A DNA stretch of 64,000 bases from a virus, in IMG/VR virus record IMGVR_UViG_3300033489_000005, positions 1 through 64,000 of that record. One strand, 5' to 3'. The notes under the pieces were generated by a model. The model was not told the origin of the DNA, made no database searches, and worked only from the letters and a program-made list of their open reading frames with translations. Shown piece by piece: positions 1-9,300 of the stretch. The position numbers and the translations under genes are program-made. How positions within the stretch are numbered: position 1 is the stretch's first letter; the number at the start of each line of letters is the position of its first letter.

Positions 1-240
1 CGGGCTCTCCGTGACGCCCCAGCTCGGCGTGGGGCTATCGGCGGTCCTGAACGGCGTCTCCGGGCTCTCCGTGACGCCCCAGCTCGGCGTGGGGCTATCG
101 GCGGTCCTGAACGGCGTCTCCGGGCTCTCCGTGACGCCCCAGCTCGGCGTGGGGCTATCGGCGGTCCTGAACGGCGTCTCCGGGCTCTCCGTGACGCCCC
201 AGCTCGGCGTGGGGCTATCGGCGGTCCTGAACGGCGTCTC
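1..240. repeat. perfect 60-bp tandem repeat x4 (plus 7-nt partial fifth copy); array may continue upstream of the window
   Basis: Positions 1-60, 61-120, 121-180 and 181-240 are identical. The repeat is in frame and encodes the 20-aa unit LSVTPQLGVGLSAVLNGVSG. Confidence 0.97.
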
Positions 241-1237
241 CGGGCTCGCGGCGTCAACCGCAGTTGGCATGGTTCAGACGGCGACGCTTACGGGCGCGTC
301 AAGCCTCTCGGCGCTTACAACCATGTCGCTCACGACTTTTTACGTCGCAACCACCACACTCACCATTCCGGCAGGCGTAACCACCATTGCGGCAAAGGCT
401 ATTGGCGGCGGCGCGGGCGGGTATGATTCAGTAGTCCCCACTAATTATGGCGGCGGCGGCGGCGGCGGGGCCTATGCCGCCACAACCGCCATTTCGGTTA
501 CGCCAGGAAATACTTCATGGATTACAGTCGGCGCAGGTGGAGCGCGCCTCACTAACGGCAATGATTCTTGGTATAACGTCGTCTCCAACGCCGCCCCCAC
601 GCTGACTTCACAGGGCGCGCGCGCCAAGGCGGGCCTCGCCGCGACCACCGCAGGAACGGTTGGCGGTCTGGGCGGCGCGGCGGCGAGCTGTGTAGGCAAC
701 ACGACTTTCAGCGGCGGCAATGGCGGGAGTTGCGCGACTCCCAGTTCAACCGGCGGCGGTGGCGGCGGCGGCGCTGCGGGCTCCGTTGGCGCTGGTAAAG
801 CGGGGGGCGCGTCTACAGGGACTAACGCGGGCGGCTGTGGCGGCGGCGGCTCGAATGGCGGAACTTCCACGGCGGGCGCCAACGGCGGAGCGGGGGCGTT
901 CGGCGCTGGCGGCGCTGGCACGGGCGGAACGGGCGGCGGCGCGACCTCTGGCGCGGCGGGCACGGTTGGCGGCGGCGGCGCGGGCAGTAATGGCGGCGTA
1001 TCCAACACGGCGGCGGGCGGCGCGGGCGGAAGCGACACGACATTGAACGCCACACACGGGTCTGGCGGCGGCGGCGGCGGGTCTGGCGGCGCGAGCAGCG
1101 GCACTTCAGGAAATGGCGGCGCAGGCGGCGCTTTCGGCGGTGGCGGCGGTGGTTCTGGTTTCCCTGTCTCGGCTGCCGGAAACGGCGGCGCTGGCGGCGC
1201 GGGGTTGGTTGCCTTAACATATACGATAACGAGCTAA
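2..1237 (+). CDS. tail-fibre-like protein, 5-prime partial: tandem 20-aa repeats plus glycine-rich C-terminal domain
   Basis: The frame is open from the window edge (ORF track 11..1237). The C-terminus ...ATHGSGGGGGG...GLVALTYT is paralogous to 14807..15622. It lies in the tail module. Confidence 0.7.
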   Translation, partial: GLSVTPQLGVGLSAVLNGVSGLSVTPQLGVGLSAVLNGVSGLSVTPQLGVGLSAVLNGVSGLSVTPQLGVGLSAVLNGVSGLAASTAVGMVQTATLTGASSLSALTTMSLTTFYVATTTLTIPAGVTTIAAKAIGGGAGGYDSVVPTNYGGGGGGGAYAATTAISVTPGNTSWITVGAGGARLTNGNDSWYNVVSNAAPTLTSQGARAKAGLAATTAGTVGGLGGAAASCVGNTTFSGGNGGSCATPSSTGGGGGGGAAGSVGAGKAGGASTGTNAGGCGGGGSNGGTSTAGANGGAGAFGAGGAGTGGTGGGATSGAAGTVGGGGAGSNGGVSNTAAGGAGGSDTTLNATHGSGGGGGGSGGASSGTSGNGGAGGAFGGGGGGSGFPVSAAGNGGAGGAGLVALTYTITS

Positions 1238-1249
1238 GGATTTGATGAC

Positions 1250-1642
1250 ATGGCGGCTTTTACGGCGACCCCGCGCAACGCGATGATTGACTGGTATACC
1301 GGCAAGACGACGCCTGCGGCCGTCGCAACGCGGTATATCTCGATTTGGAACGGTGACCCTCAGGGCGCCGGAACCGAGGTTATCTCGACTATCACAGGCT
1401 CGGCCAACCGACAACCGATTACCGCGAGCATGGCGGCTGCGGCGGCGGGCTCGGCGGCCTCAACCGCCAACATCGTGTTCACGACAAGCGCGGTTGGCTC
1501 CGCCGTGGTCAACTTCATCGCGATTCACGACGCAATAACAGCCGGAAATATCATTGGCTCTGTTGGTGTTACGTCGAAAACCCCCCAAGTCGGTGATAGT
1601 CTGTCAATTCTGTCAGGCAATCTCGTCGTCAGCATCACATAA
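1250..1642 (+). CDS. hypothetical small tail-module protein
   Basis: 130-aa ORF starting 12 nt after the previous stop, with coding-like composition. Function not recognisable. Confidence 0.7.
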   Translation: MAAFTATPRNAMIDWYTGKTTPAAVATRYISIWNGDPQGAGTEVISTITGSANRQPITASMAAAAAGSAASTANIVFTTSAVGSAVVNFIAIHDAITAGNIIGSVGVTSKTPQVGDSLSILSGNLVVSIT

Positions 1643-1651
1643 GGAGCCGCC

Positions 1652-1957
1652 ATGCCGGAAAACGAACTGACCATTTCGGTTCACCAAGCTTTTGTCACCC
1701 GCCAGGAAATGCTGGCGGGAGTCGCCGTTCATGCGCGCTCGATAGCGCTCTGCCTGGACCAGCATTTGACCACGGACTTAAGCAATCTCAACCTCAAGTG
1801 GCTGTTTGAGGAAGTGAAAAGGATGGAAGAATTGATAATTCAGGCCAATAATGCGACCATGGCTGAAATTCAGCTCAGAAATACAACTGAACTCGCCAAT
1901 GAAGCTAAAATTTCGTGCGAGCTTACCGTCACAAAGCCTGACGGTTCTGTGGAGTAA
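1652..1957 (+). CDS. hypothetical protein
   Basis: 101-aa ORF, lower GC than its neighbours, tightly packed. Confidence 0.6.
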   Translation: MPENELTISVHQAFVTRQEMLAGVAVHARSIALCLDQHLTTDLSNLNLKWLFEEVKRMEELIIQANNATMAEIQLRNTTELANEAKISCELTVTKPDGSVE

Positions 1958-1977
1958 CATAAAGAGCGGAGCAGCGC

Positions 1978-2688
1978 ATGTCTTTTACCTATTCAACGTT
2001 TTTGACCGCGCTTGCTCAAGAAATCGCGATCACTACGACAAATCCTGACTTTCAGGCTATACTTCCGACGTTTATCCAGAACGCGGAGTTGAGGATTTTT
2101 CGTGACCTCGACCTATTGTCGACTGTTTTTCGTGACGCCGCGCTTACCCCGGCGCACAACCAGCGCTCACAGACGCTGCCGCAGACCTACGGGCAGTTTG
2201 TGGTGGTTGAGGGGGTCAACTTCATGAATCAGACAGTGCGTTTAAACGCTCTCACCCCCTGTTCGCGTGAGTTCATTGACGGACTGTTCCCAACCGAGAC
2301 CGCCCCGGCGTCGACCTCATCGCCCCGGTTTTTCGCCCGAGACACGGACCAAACGATTCTGGTGGCCCCCTCATTGGGGAACGGATACGCCACACCCAGT
2401 CTCGAAGTCGTGGGGACCGTGCGCCCCAATCCGCTCAGCGCGACCACGACCACGACGTTCATTTCGCAGAATCTGCCGGACCTGCTGCTCTATGCGGCCA
2501 TGGTTGAGGCGACGGGGTGGATGAAAAACTATGGCGCGCAGGCTGAAGACCCGAAGATGGGGATGAGCTGGGAGTCCCGGTATCAGGGCGCGCTCAGCCC
2601 GGCGCTGTCCGAAGAGACGCGGAAAAAATTCCAATCAGGCTCATGGTCCGCGAAGTCCAGGCCGATGAGCCAGCCGGAAAGGGTGTGA
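1978..2688 (+). CDS. virion structural protein, possibly tail tubular/adaptor protein (T7 gp11-like position)
   Basis: 236-aa ORF immediately upstream of a 686-aa ORF and the internal-virion-protein block. The assignment rests on size and order only. Confidence 0.4.
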   Translation: MSFTYSTFLTALAQEIAITTTNPDFQAILPTFIQNAELRIFRDLDLLSTVFRDAALTPAHNQRSQTLPQTYGQFVVVEGVNFMNQTVRLNALTPCSREFIDGLFPTETAPASTSSPRFFARDTDQTILVAPSLGNGYATPSLEVVGTVRPNPLSATTTTTFISQNLPDLLLYAAMVEATGWMKNYGAQAEDPKMGMSWESRYQGALSPALSEETRKKFQSGSWSAKSRPMSQPERV

Positions 2689-2689
2689 T

Positions 2690-4750
2690 ATGGGCGTCTC
2701 CACCGTCACCCTCAGACCAGGGCTCAATGTCGAGATTACGCCGACCCAGAACCAGGGCGGCTATACCGTAACCCAGCTCGGCCGCTACAAGGCCGGGCTG
2801 TTTCAGAAAATGGGCGGCTGGGCGAAGTTTTTTCCCGTGAAGGTCGACGGGGTTTCTAAGGTCTCTCATACATGGCGCGACCTTGCCGGGAACAATCATT
2901 TATCCATCGGCACGACAGCCGACTTGGATGTAATCACCAATGGCGTTTATCGAGATGTATGTCCGCAAACCCTAACGACGAACCCAGCTGTCAATTTTGC
3001 AACGACGATAAACACAAATATCGTCACTATTACTGACACTGCAGTCAATAATATCACCAATTATGATGCAGTATTCTTGAATACGCCTATATCTGTTGGC
3101 GGTCTGAATCTATCTGGGTTATATCAGGTTGCGGCCAATATCTCGCCTACATCCTACCAGATTTATGCTTCGTCGCTGGCGACCGCGACCGTCGTTGCGC
3201 CCGGCGGCGCTGCGCCAGCGTTCACAACCGTATCCGGCTCGGCGCTGGTCACCGTCACCTTCGCCAACCACGGCCTGCAGGCGGCCTATGATATCGTGTT
3301 CCCCATCGCTACCACCACGGGCGGCGTCACGATTCTTGGCCGGTACGAGGTGGTCAGCATCATAGACGCCAACAACTTTATCATCAGCGCCACGAACGCG
3401 GCGTCATCGGCGGCCGGGCCAACGCCCATGAACGGCGGGCTGGCGCAATTCCTATACTACATCGCCATCGGCCCCCAGGCGCTCGCCGGAGCATACGGAG
3501 CCGGGCCGTATGGCGCCGGGCCATACGGCATCGGGACGCCGATTACTGGCCAGACAGGAACCGATATCCAGGCTGTCGACTGGTCCTTGGACCACTGGGG
3601 CGAGCTGCTGATGAGCTGCCCCAAGAACGGCCCTATCTTCTATTGGGGGCCGTCATCCGGGTTCGTGAACAGCTCTGTGGTTCCGGCCGGGCCGCCGATT
3701 AACACCGGCATGTTCGTGAGCACCAACAATCAGTTCGTCATCGCATACGGCTCGACGTCGTATGCGTCCATCGGCGTGTATCAGGACCCGCTGCTCATCC
3801 GGTGGTGCGACGCCAACAACTTTTTCAACTGGCAGCTGTCAGCGGTCACCCAGGCGGGCAGCTGGCGCCTGTCATCCGGCTCCCAAATCATGGGCGGCGC
3901 GTCGACGCAGCTGCGGAATCTAGTCTGGACCGATAAAGATCTCTGGGTGAGTTCCTACATCGGCTCGACCCTGGTGTTCAATATGGTCAAGACGGCCGAG
4001 GGGGCCGGGATGATTGCCCAACACGCGTGGGGCAAGCTGGGGGACACCGTCTACTGGATGGGGCAGAAAAATATCTGGGCGTACGACAACAGTGGCCCGC
4101 GCATCGTGCCGTGCCCGGTGTGGGACGCCATTTTTCAGGATATGGACCCGAACCACATGGATAAATGCTTTGTTGGCGTCAATAAAGCATTTAGCGAGAT
4201 TATGTTTTTCTGGCCTTCTGAGTCCGGCGCCCTTGGTTATTGTGACAAGATGGCCAAGATGAACATCGAAGAGGGGGCGTGGGACCTCTCTAGCATTCAG
4301 AGAAACACATGGACAGATGTTGATACATTCAACTATCCCATAGCAACTACAAATGATGGGCTAATTTATTCCCATGAATACGGATATGATGCTGATGGGA
4401 ACGTCCTGAACCCCTATTTTGAAACAGGCTATTTCTACATCAGCGACGGAGAAGACAAAGTTTTCGTCGACCGAATCTATCCTGACTTCAAGTGGGGTGA
4501 ATATAACGGCACCCAGAACGCCAATATGCTGATTACAATCAAGGCTATTGACGAAATGGGGCAGATAACGCCAGATGTCTATGGCCCGTTTCTGGTCACC
4601 AACACCTCGCGGTGGATTGAGCCACGGCTGCGCGGGCGGATGATTTCCATCCGCATCGAGAGCCAGGACGCCGGGTCATTCTGGCGGCTCGGCGCGGTGC
4701 GCTTCAGATGGTGCCCGGATGGCCGGGCTGGAGGGTTGAACAATGGTTGA
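2690..4750 (+). CDS. large virion structural protein, possibly tail tubular/nozzle protein (T7 gp12-like position)
   Basis: 686-aa ORF starting 2 nt after the previous stop. The assignment rests on position and size. It contains lower-GC patches (about 2880-3130 and 4150-4560). Confidence 0.4.
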   Translation: MGVSTVTLRPGLNVEITPTQNQGGYTVTQLGRYKAGLFQKMGGWAKFFPVKVDGVSKVSHTWRDLAGNNHLSIGTTADLDVITNGVYRDVCPQTLTTNPAVNFATTINTNIVTITDTAVNNITNYDAVFLNTPISVGGLNLSGLYQVAANISPTSYQIYASSLATATVVAPGGAAPAFTTVSGSALVTVTFANHGLQAAYDIVFPIATTTGGVTILGRYEVVSIIDANNFIISATNAASSAAGPTPMNGGLAQFLYYIAIGPQALAGAYGAGPYGAGPYGIGTPITGQTGTDIQAVDWSLDHWGELLMSCPKNGPIFYWGPSSGFVNSSVVPAGPPINTGMFVSTNNQFVIAYGSTSYASIGVYQDPLLIRWCDANNFFNWQLSAVTQAGSWRLSSGSQIMGGASTQLRNLVWTDKDLWVSSYIGSTLVFNMVKTAEGAGMIAQHAWGKLGDTVYWMGQKNIWAYDNSGPRIVPCPVWDAIFQDMDPNHMDKCFVGVNKAFSEIMFFWPSESGALGYCDKMAKMNIEEGAWDLSSIQRNTWTDVDTFNYPIATTNDGLIYSHEYGYDADGNVLNPYFETGYFYISDGEDKVFVDRIYPDFKWGEYNGTQNANMLITIKAIDEMGQITPDVYGPFLVTNTSRWIEPRLRGRMISIRIESQDAGSFWRLGAVRFRWCPDGRAGGLNNG

Positions 4751-5120
4751 GTTTAGGGCGACCGCCCAACAGTCGCGGGGTGGCGGCGATATCGATATGC
4801 TGGCGCAGGCGAACGGCCTGAACGCCAACATAGGACAGCTCATATCCGTTATGAAGAGCCGGTTCGCCTTGAGCGCCTTCAACGGGTCTTTCACCATGGG
4901 CGCTGTCGTCACCCAGGTTATCCCGGACGTGAACGCCAAGGCGAACTCGATTATCTGGCTGGTCGCCGATAACGCAGCCGCCGCGACCATGCAGGCGACG
5001 ACCAAGAACGCCTACGTCTCGGCGAAGGCGGCCGGGACCAGTTTCACCGTGGCGACGGCGGACGGGACGGCGGCGACCGGCGGCCAGATTTTCAGCTATG
5101 TTATCTTGAACGTGGGGTGA
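4743..5120 (+). CDS. hypothetical virion protein
   Basis: 125-aa ORF with an 8-nt ATGGTTGA overlap onto the upstream stop. An alternative start at 4797 is possible. Confidence 0.6.
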   Translation: MVEFRATAQQSRGGGDIDMLAQANGLNANIGQLISVMKSRFALSAFNGSFTMGAVVTQVIPDVNAKANSIIWLVADNAAAATMQATTKNAYVSAKAAGTSFTVATADGTAATGGQIFSYVILNVG

Positions 5121-5123
5121 GCC

Positions 5124-5870
5124 ATGCCGTTAGCAAAGGGCAAAAGCGCCAAAACCGTGAGTAAAAACATAGTTGAGATGGTCCGCTCGGGGCATCCGAG
5201 GAACCAAAGCATTGCTGCGGCGCTCGACACCGCGCGCCGGTCTAGCAAAGCCATGGGCGGCCCAATCAAGAAAATGCCCGGTATGCCCAACATGCCGGGA
5301 ATAACCAAGCCTGAAGAAGACCAGGGCCAGAACAAGGGGCGCGGCGGCCCGACCGTGAACCCCCCGGCAGTCGCCCATGTCCCGTGGCGAGTGAAACCCA
5401 TGATAGCCGCGCCGACCAAGGTTGTGCCCCCGGTCAAGATCGTGACGGGCGCTCTTACCGGCCCGACGTCGGGCCGGGCCGACAAGTTGCCGATGAGCGT
5501 TCTCAACGGCTCTCATGTGCTCCCGGCCGACACGGTCGCGGCGCTCGGCGACGGGAATTCGATGTCCGGGCACCACGTCTTGAAAAGCATGTTCCCGCGC
5601 TCATCCGCCACGGCGAGCGGGTCTTTGGGCGGAGGCTCGAAGGCGGGGCATCCGTTCGGCCCCAGGGGACGGCGGTTTGCCTCCGGCGGGGCGCCAGAGA
5701 CCGTTCCCGTGAATGTCAGCGATGGCGAGTTCATAATCCATCCAGAAGACGTTCTCAAAATCGGAAAAGGGGACGCCAAGCGCGGCCATGAGATTCTTGA
5801 CAAGTTTATTCTACATGTCAGGAGTCACTATCAAAAGAAACTCAAAAATCTGCCGGGACCAAGTAAATGA
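5124..5870 (+). CDS. hypothetical internal virion protein
   Basis: 248-aa ORF with a basic N-terminus (KGKSAKTVSKNIVEM...QSIAAAL) and a Pro/Gly-rich middle. Confidence 0.6.
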   Translation: MPLAKGKSAKTVSKNIVEMVRSGHPRNQSIAAALDTARRSSKAMGGPIKKMPGMPNMPGITKPEEDQGQNKGRGGPTVNPPAVAHVPWRVKPMIAAPTKVVPPVKIVTGALTGPTSGRADKLPMSVLNGSHVLPADTVAALGDGNSMSGHHVLKSMFPRSSATASGSLGGGSKAGHPFGPRGRRFASGGAPETVPVNVSDGEFIIHPEDVLKIGKGDAKRGHEILDKFILHVRSHYQKKLKNLPGPSK

Positions 5871-6349
5871 ATAAAAGCAATGTCCAGCCATTGCCCCACG
5901 TAAGAGTAGCAGTCGCAGGTGATTTTAATGACCTAATCAGAATGGGACACGAGGTTTTTGCCGAAAACGGGCTTATGACGCTCAATGAAGACATGATTCG
6001 TACGGGGGCTCTGAGAGCTATTGAAGGCGTTGATTCTGTTGTAGGATGTATTGGCCCTGTTGGCGCGCTTGAGGCGGCAATTCACCTGTCTATGCGTCAT
6101 TTCTGGTACACTGAGCAGGCGCATCTTGAGGAGCTATGGGCGTTCGTCCGGCCTGAATTCAGGAAAACGAGGAACGCACAGGCTCTTATTGAGTTTGCTA
6201 AGAATTTAGCGGTGGAGTTAAAGAGACCTCTGTTAATAGGTGTTCTGTCATCGCATAGAACCGAAGCTAAAGTTAAGATGTATCGACGTAAATTGGGGGC
6301 TCCATCGGGGGCGTACTTCCTCTATAATGCTAAAACAGGGGTTGGATGA
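5867..6349 (+). CDS. hypothetical protein, possible GNAT-fold acetyltransferase
   Basis: 160-aa low-GC ORF with an ATGA overlap. VRPEFRKTRNAQALIEFAKNLA resembles GNAT motif A, but the match is weak. Confidence 0.4.
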   Translation: MNKSNVQPLPHVRVAVAGDFNDLIRMGHEVFAENGLMTLNEDMIRTGALRAIEGVDSVVGCIGPVGALEAAIHLSMRHFWYTEQAHLEELWAFVRPEFRKTRNAQALIEFAKNLAVELKRPLLIGVLSSHRTEAKVKMYRRKLGAPSGAYFLYNAKTGVG

Positions 6350-9300
6350 TGGGCGGCGGCTCTCAGAATCAGGACACTAGCCAGACGTACACGCCGAACG
6401 CTGAAGCCATGAGCGCGTTCAGGGGCGTCATGAGCGGCGCGCAGGGCGTCGCCAACCGGAACCAGACCTGGAATCCGGCCATGGCGCAGCGCGTCGCCGG
6501 TCAGAACGCCATGCAAACGCAGGGGTATTCCGGCATTCAGGGCCAGCTGGGGCAGTACTCGCCCCAGGTTAACGAGGCCCTTGGAATGACCAGCGCCGCC
6601 GGTCAGAACATCACCGGCGAGGACATTTCCCGTTATCAGAACCCCTACACCCAACAGGTCATAAACGCCACGATGGCCAACGCCCAGCAGCAGCAGGGCG
6701 CAGGCATGGCGAACGTGGTAGGCAACCAGATTGCTCAGAACGCCCAAGGCGGCGACCGGGCGATGCTGCAGAAGGCGCTCACTCAGGGCCAGTACGCCAT
6801 GGCCAACAACCAGACAATCGCCGGGCTGGAGCAGCAGGGCTACAACACCGCGCTCGCCACCGCGCAGGGGGAGAAAGGGCGCCAGCTGCAGGCGGGCATG
6901 GGCCTCATGAGCGAGGCTGGCGCGGCGCAGAATTACAATCTGCAGGGCCTCGGCGCGATGATAGGCGCGGGCGGAGCACAGCAGGGGCAGCAGCAGAACG
7001 AATACAACGCCGCGACCCAGAACGCGACCAGTCAGACCATGTGGCCGATGCAGCTTCAGCAGTGGCTCGCGGGCATTACCGGCTCGATGGGTTCGCTGAT
7101 GGGCGGCACCACCACCGGCACGTCGCAGACAACTGAGCACCCAGGCTTCTACAACTATCTCGGCGCGGGCATGGGCGGCCTGTCGGCGATGTCCGACGAG
7201 CGCGTAAAAGAGAATAAGCGCGAAGTTGGCGAGCTGTTCGACGGTCAGAAGGTTTATGCGTTCAACTATAAGGGCCACCCCACGACCCAACTCGGGTTGA
7301 TGGCGCAGGAAGTTGAGCGCCGTCATCCGGAGTCCGTTGGCCAGACCGAGGACGGCGTAAAAACCGTTCAATACGACATGGCCACCGACCGCGCGGCCAA
7401 GCGCGGCAACTTCGCCGATGGCGGGGCGCCGGGGTTCGGCGGCTCGAACCCATGGGATACGGCGAGCAGCCCGTGGGGCTCGCTTATCCAGAGCGCGCCG
7501 CAGATTCATTCAGGCGGGTTCAACCCGCCGGTCGCCGCCGGTACGGCCCCCGCGCCCATGTCTTCAAAAGATAAGGAACAGCGCGAGCAGGCCCAACAGG
7601 GCAAGCAGGGCGGCCAGGGCATGAAGGATATCTACAACAAATACCTCAACAAAGAGGGAACGGGAACGCCCGGCAGTACGGGAACGCCTTCCACAGCCAA
7701 CGGATGGGAGGCAAAAACCGTGCCTTCCAGCGAACTTGGCGGCTCGACGGATTTGACGGTGACCACCCCCGTTGAGACGGTGAGCGAAAGCACGTCTGGC
7801 CTTGGGAGCATGGGCGCAAGCGCCCCCGCGAGCGCGGCCCCATCGAGCATGATGGGCGCGGCCCCGGCGGGCGCAGGCGCAGCGGCTCCAATAGGAGAGG
7901 CTGCAACCGGGTTCGGCGGCGCGGCTACTGGGGCTGGAGGCGCGAGTCTCGCCAGCACTGGTTCTCTTGGCGCGGCTCTGTCGGCTGGGATGGGCGGCGC
8001 GGGCGCAGCCGGAGCTGCTGGAGCTGGCGCGGCGGGAGCCGGAGCCGCTGGCGCGGCGGGAGCCGGAGCCGCTGGCGCAGGCGCGGCCGGAGCTGCCGGA
8101 GCGGGCGCGGCCGGAGCTGCAGGGGCAGGCACGGCTGCAGCCGGTTCAGCTGCGGCTGCGGGCGCGGCTGGCGCGGGCGGCGCGGCCGGAGGCGGCCTCG
8201 GGGCGCTGATTGGCGCGCTCTTTTCAGACGAGCGCATGAAAGAGAACAAGCGCGTCGTGGGCCGCACGTTCGACGGTCAGAACATCTATGCCTACAACTA
8301 CAAGGGCCATCCCATGACCCAGCTCGGGTTGATGGCGCAGGAAGTGGAGAAGCGTCACCCCGGCTCCGTGGGCGAGCACGGCGGCATGAAGACGGTTCAA
8401 TATGACCGGGCGATTCAGGCGGCGTCCAGGCGCGGCCACTTCGCCAACGGCGGCGACGCGTCCAGCAACGATGATATGCGCCGCCATGCGGAGCGCATGC
8501 TGCATCTGGCGTCCGGCGGCGCGGCGCAGAACTTCGCCGATGGCGGCGAGCCGTTCATCAATCCTGACGAATTTACCTTTGACGCGCCGGAGCCCTATGA
8601 GCCCACAAAACGTGATTATGGCCATTTCGATCCATATGGCGGCGTCTCCGCTAGCGGGAATATAGAGAATATGATTCCCGGCGGGTTTTCAGCAAAACGG
8701 GCATACCGGAGGGAGCAGGCAGACAACGCCTATAATCTGAAAAACCCGGAAGACAGCCAAAAAGACACGACTGAAACACCGCTGGATACGCCAGATATTC
8801 GTGATGGCATGTGGCGCAGTCCGCACGAACAGCGCACGCATTTTGACCCGTACATGGGCAAATTCCCTGTCATGGAGCCCATCGTTCCGCATGAGCAGGT
8901 GAAAACCATGGTCCGCGCGCCAGAGGTTCCTGAACCAGGGGAGCCAAAAGGCCGGGCGCTTCCTGACTATGCGCCAAAACTCTCGCATGAGATGTTATCG
9001 GACCGGCCGCTGACTTCCGCGCCCGTGGCGACCGCGCTTGCGGAAGCGAAGATGGCGCGCAACCAGGGGCTCGACCAGCCTCCGGAGACCATGGCGCGCG
9101 GCCGGTTACCGGCTGAAGGGGCCGGGCAGCGCCCATCGTTCGAAATTCCCAAGTTCCCGGCTGGCGTCGACGTGGCGGACGTCGGCCGCGCCGCGATAAA
9201 CAAAATCACCGACCCCTATGCGGAGGCCCTGCGCGAAAGAGTATCGGATGCTGGCGGCCTGTATGCGCAGGCCGGGAGAGAGGCTCGCGGTCTTGCGCCT

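Noticed and set aside
1-240. The tandem repeats as a CRISPR array.
   Set aside because: The units abut with no spacers, are 60 bp long and are in frame within a protein-coding gene.
472-1220. Several ORFs overlapping or antisense to the Gly-rich fibre gene (472..1104 -, 720..1046 +, 746..1057 -, 822..1220 -).
   Set aside because: They translate to Pro-, Ala- or Arg-only low-complexity sequence. These are the shadow frames of a GGC/GGN-rich gene, with no independent coding signal.
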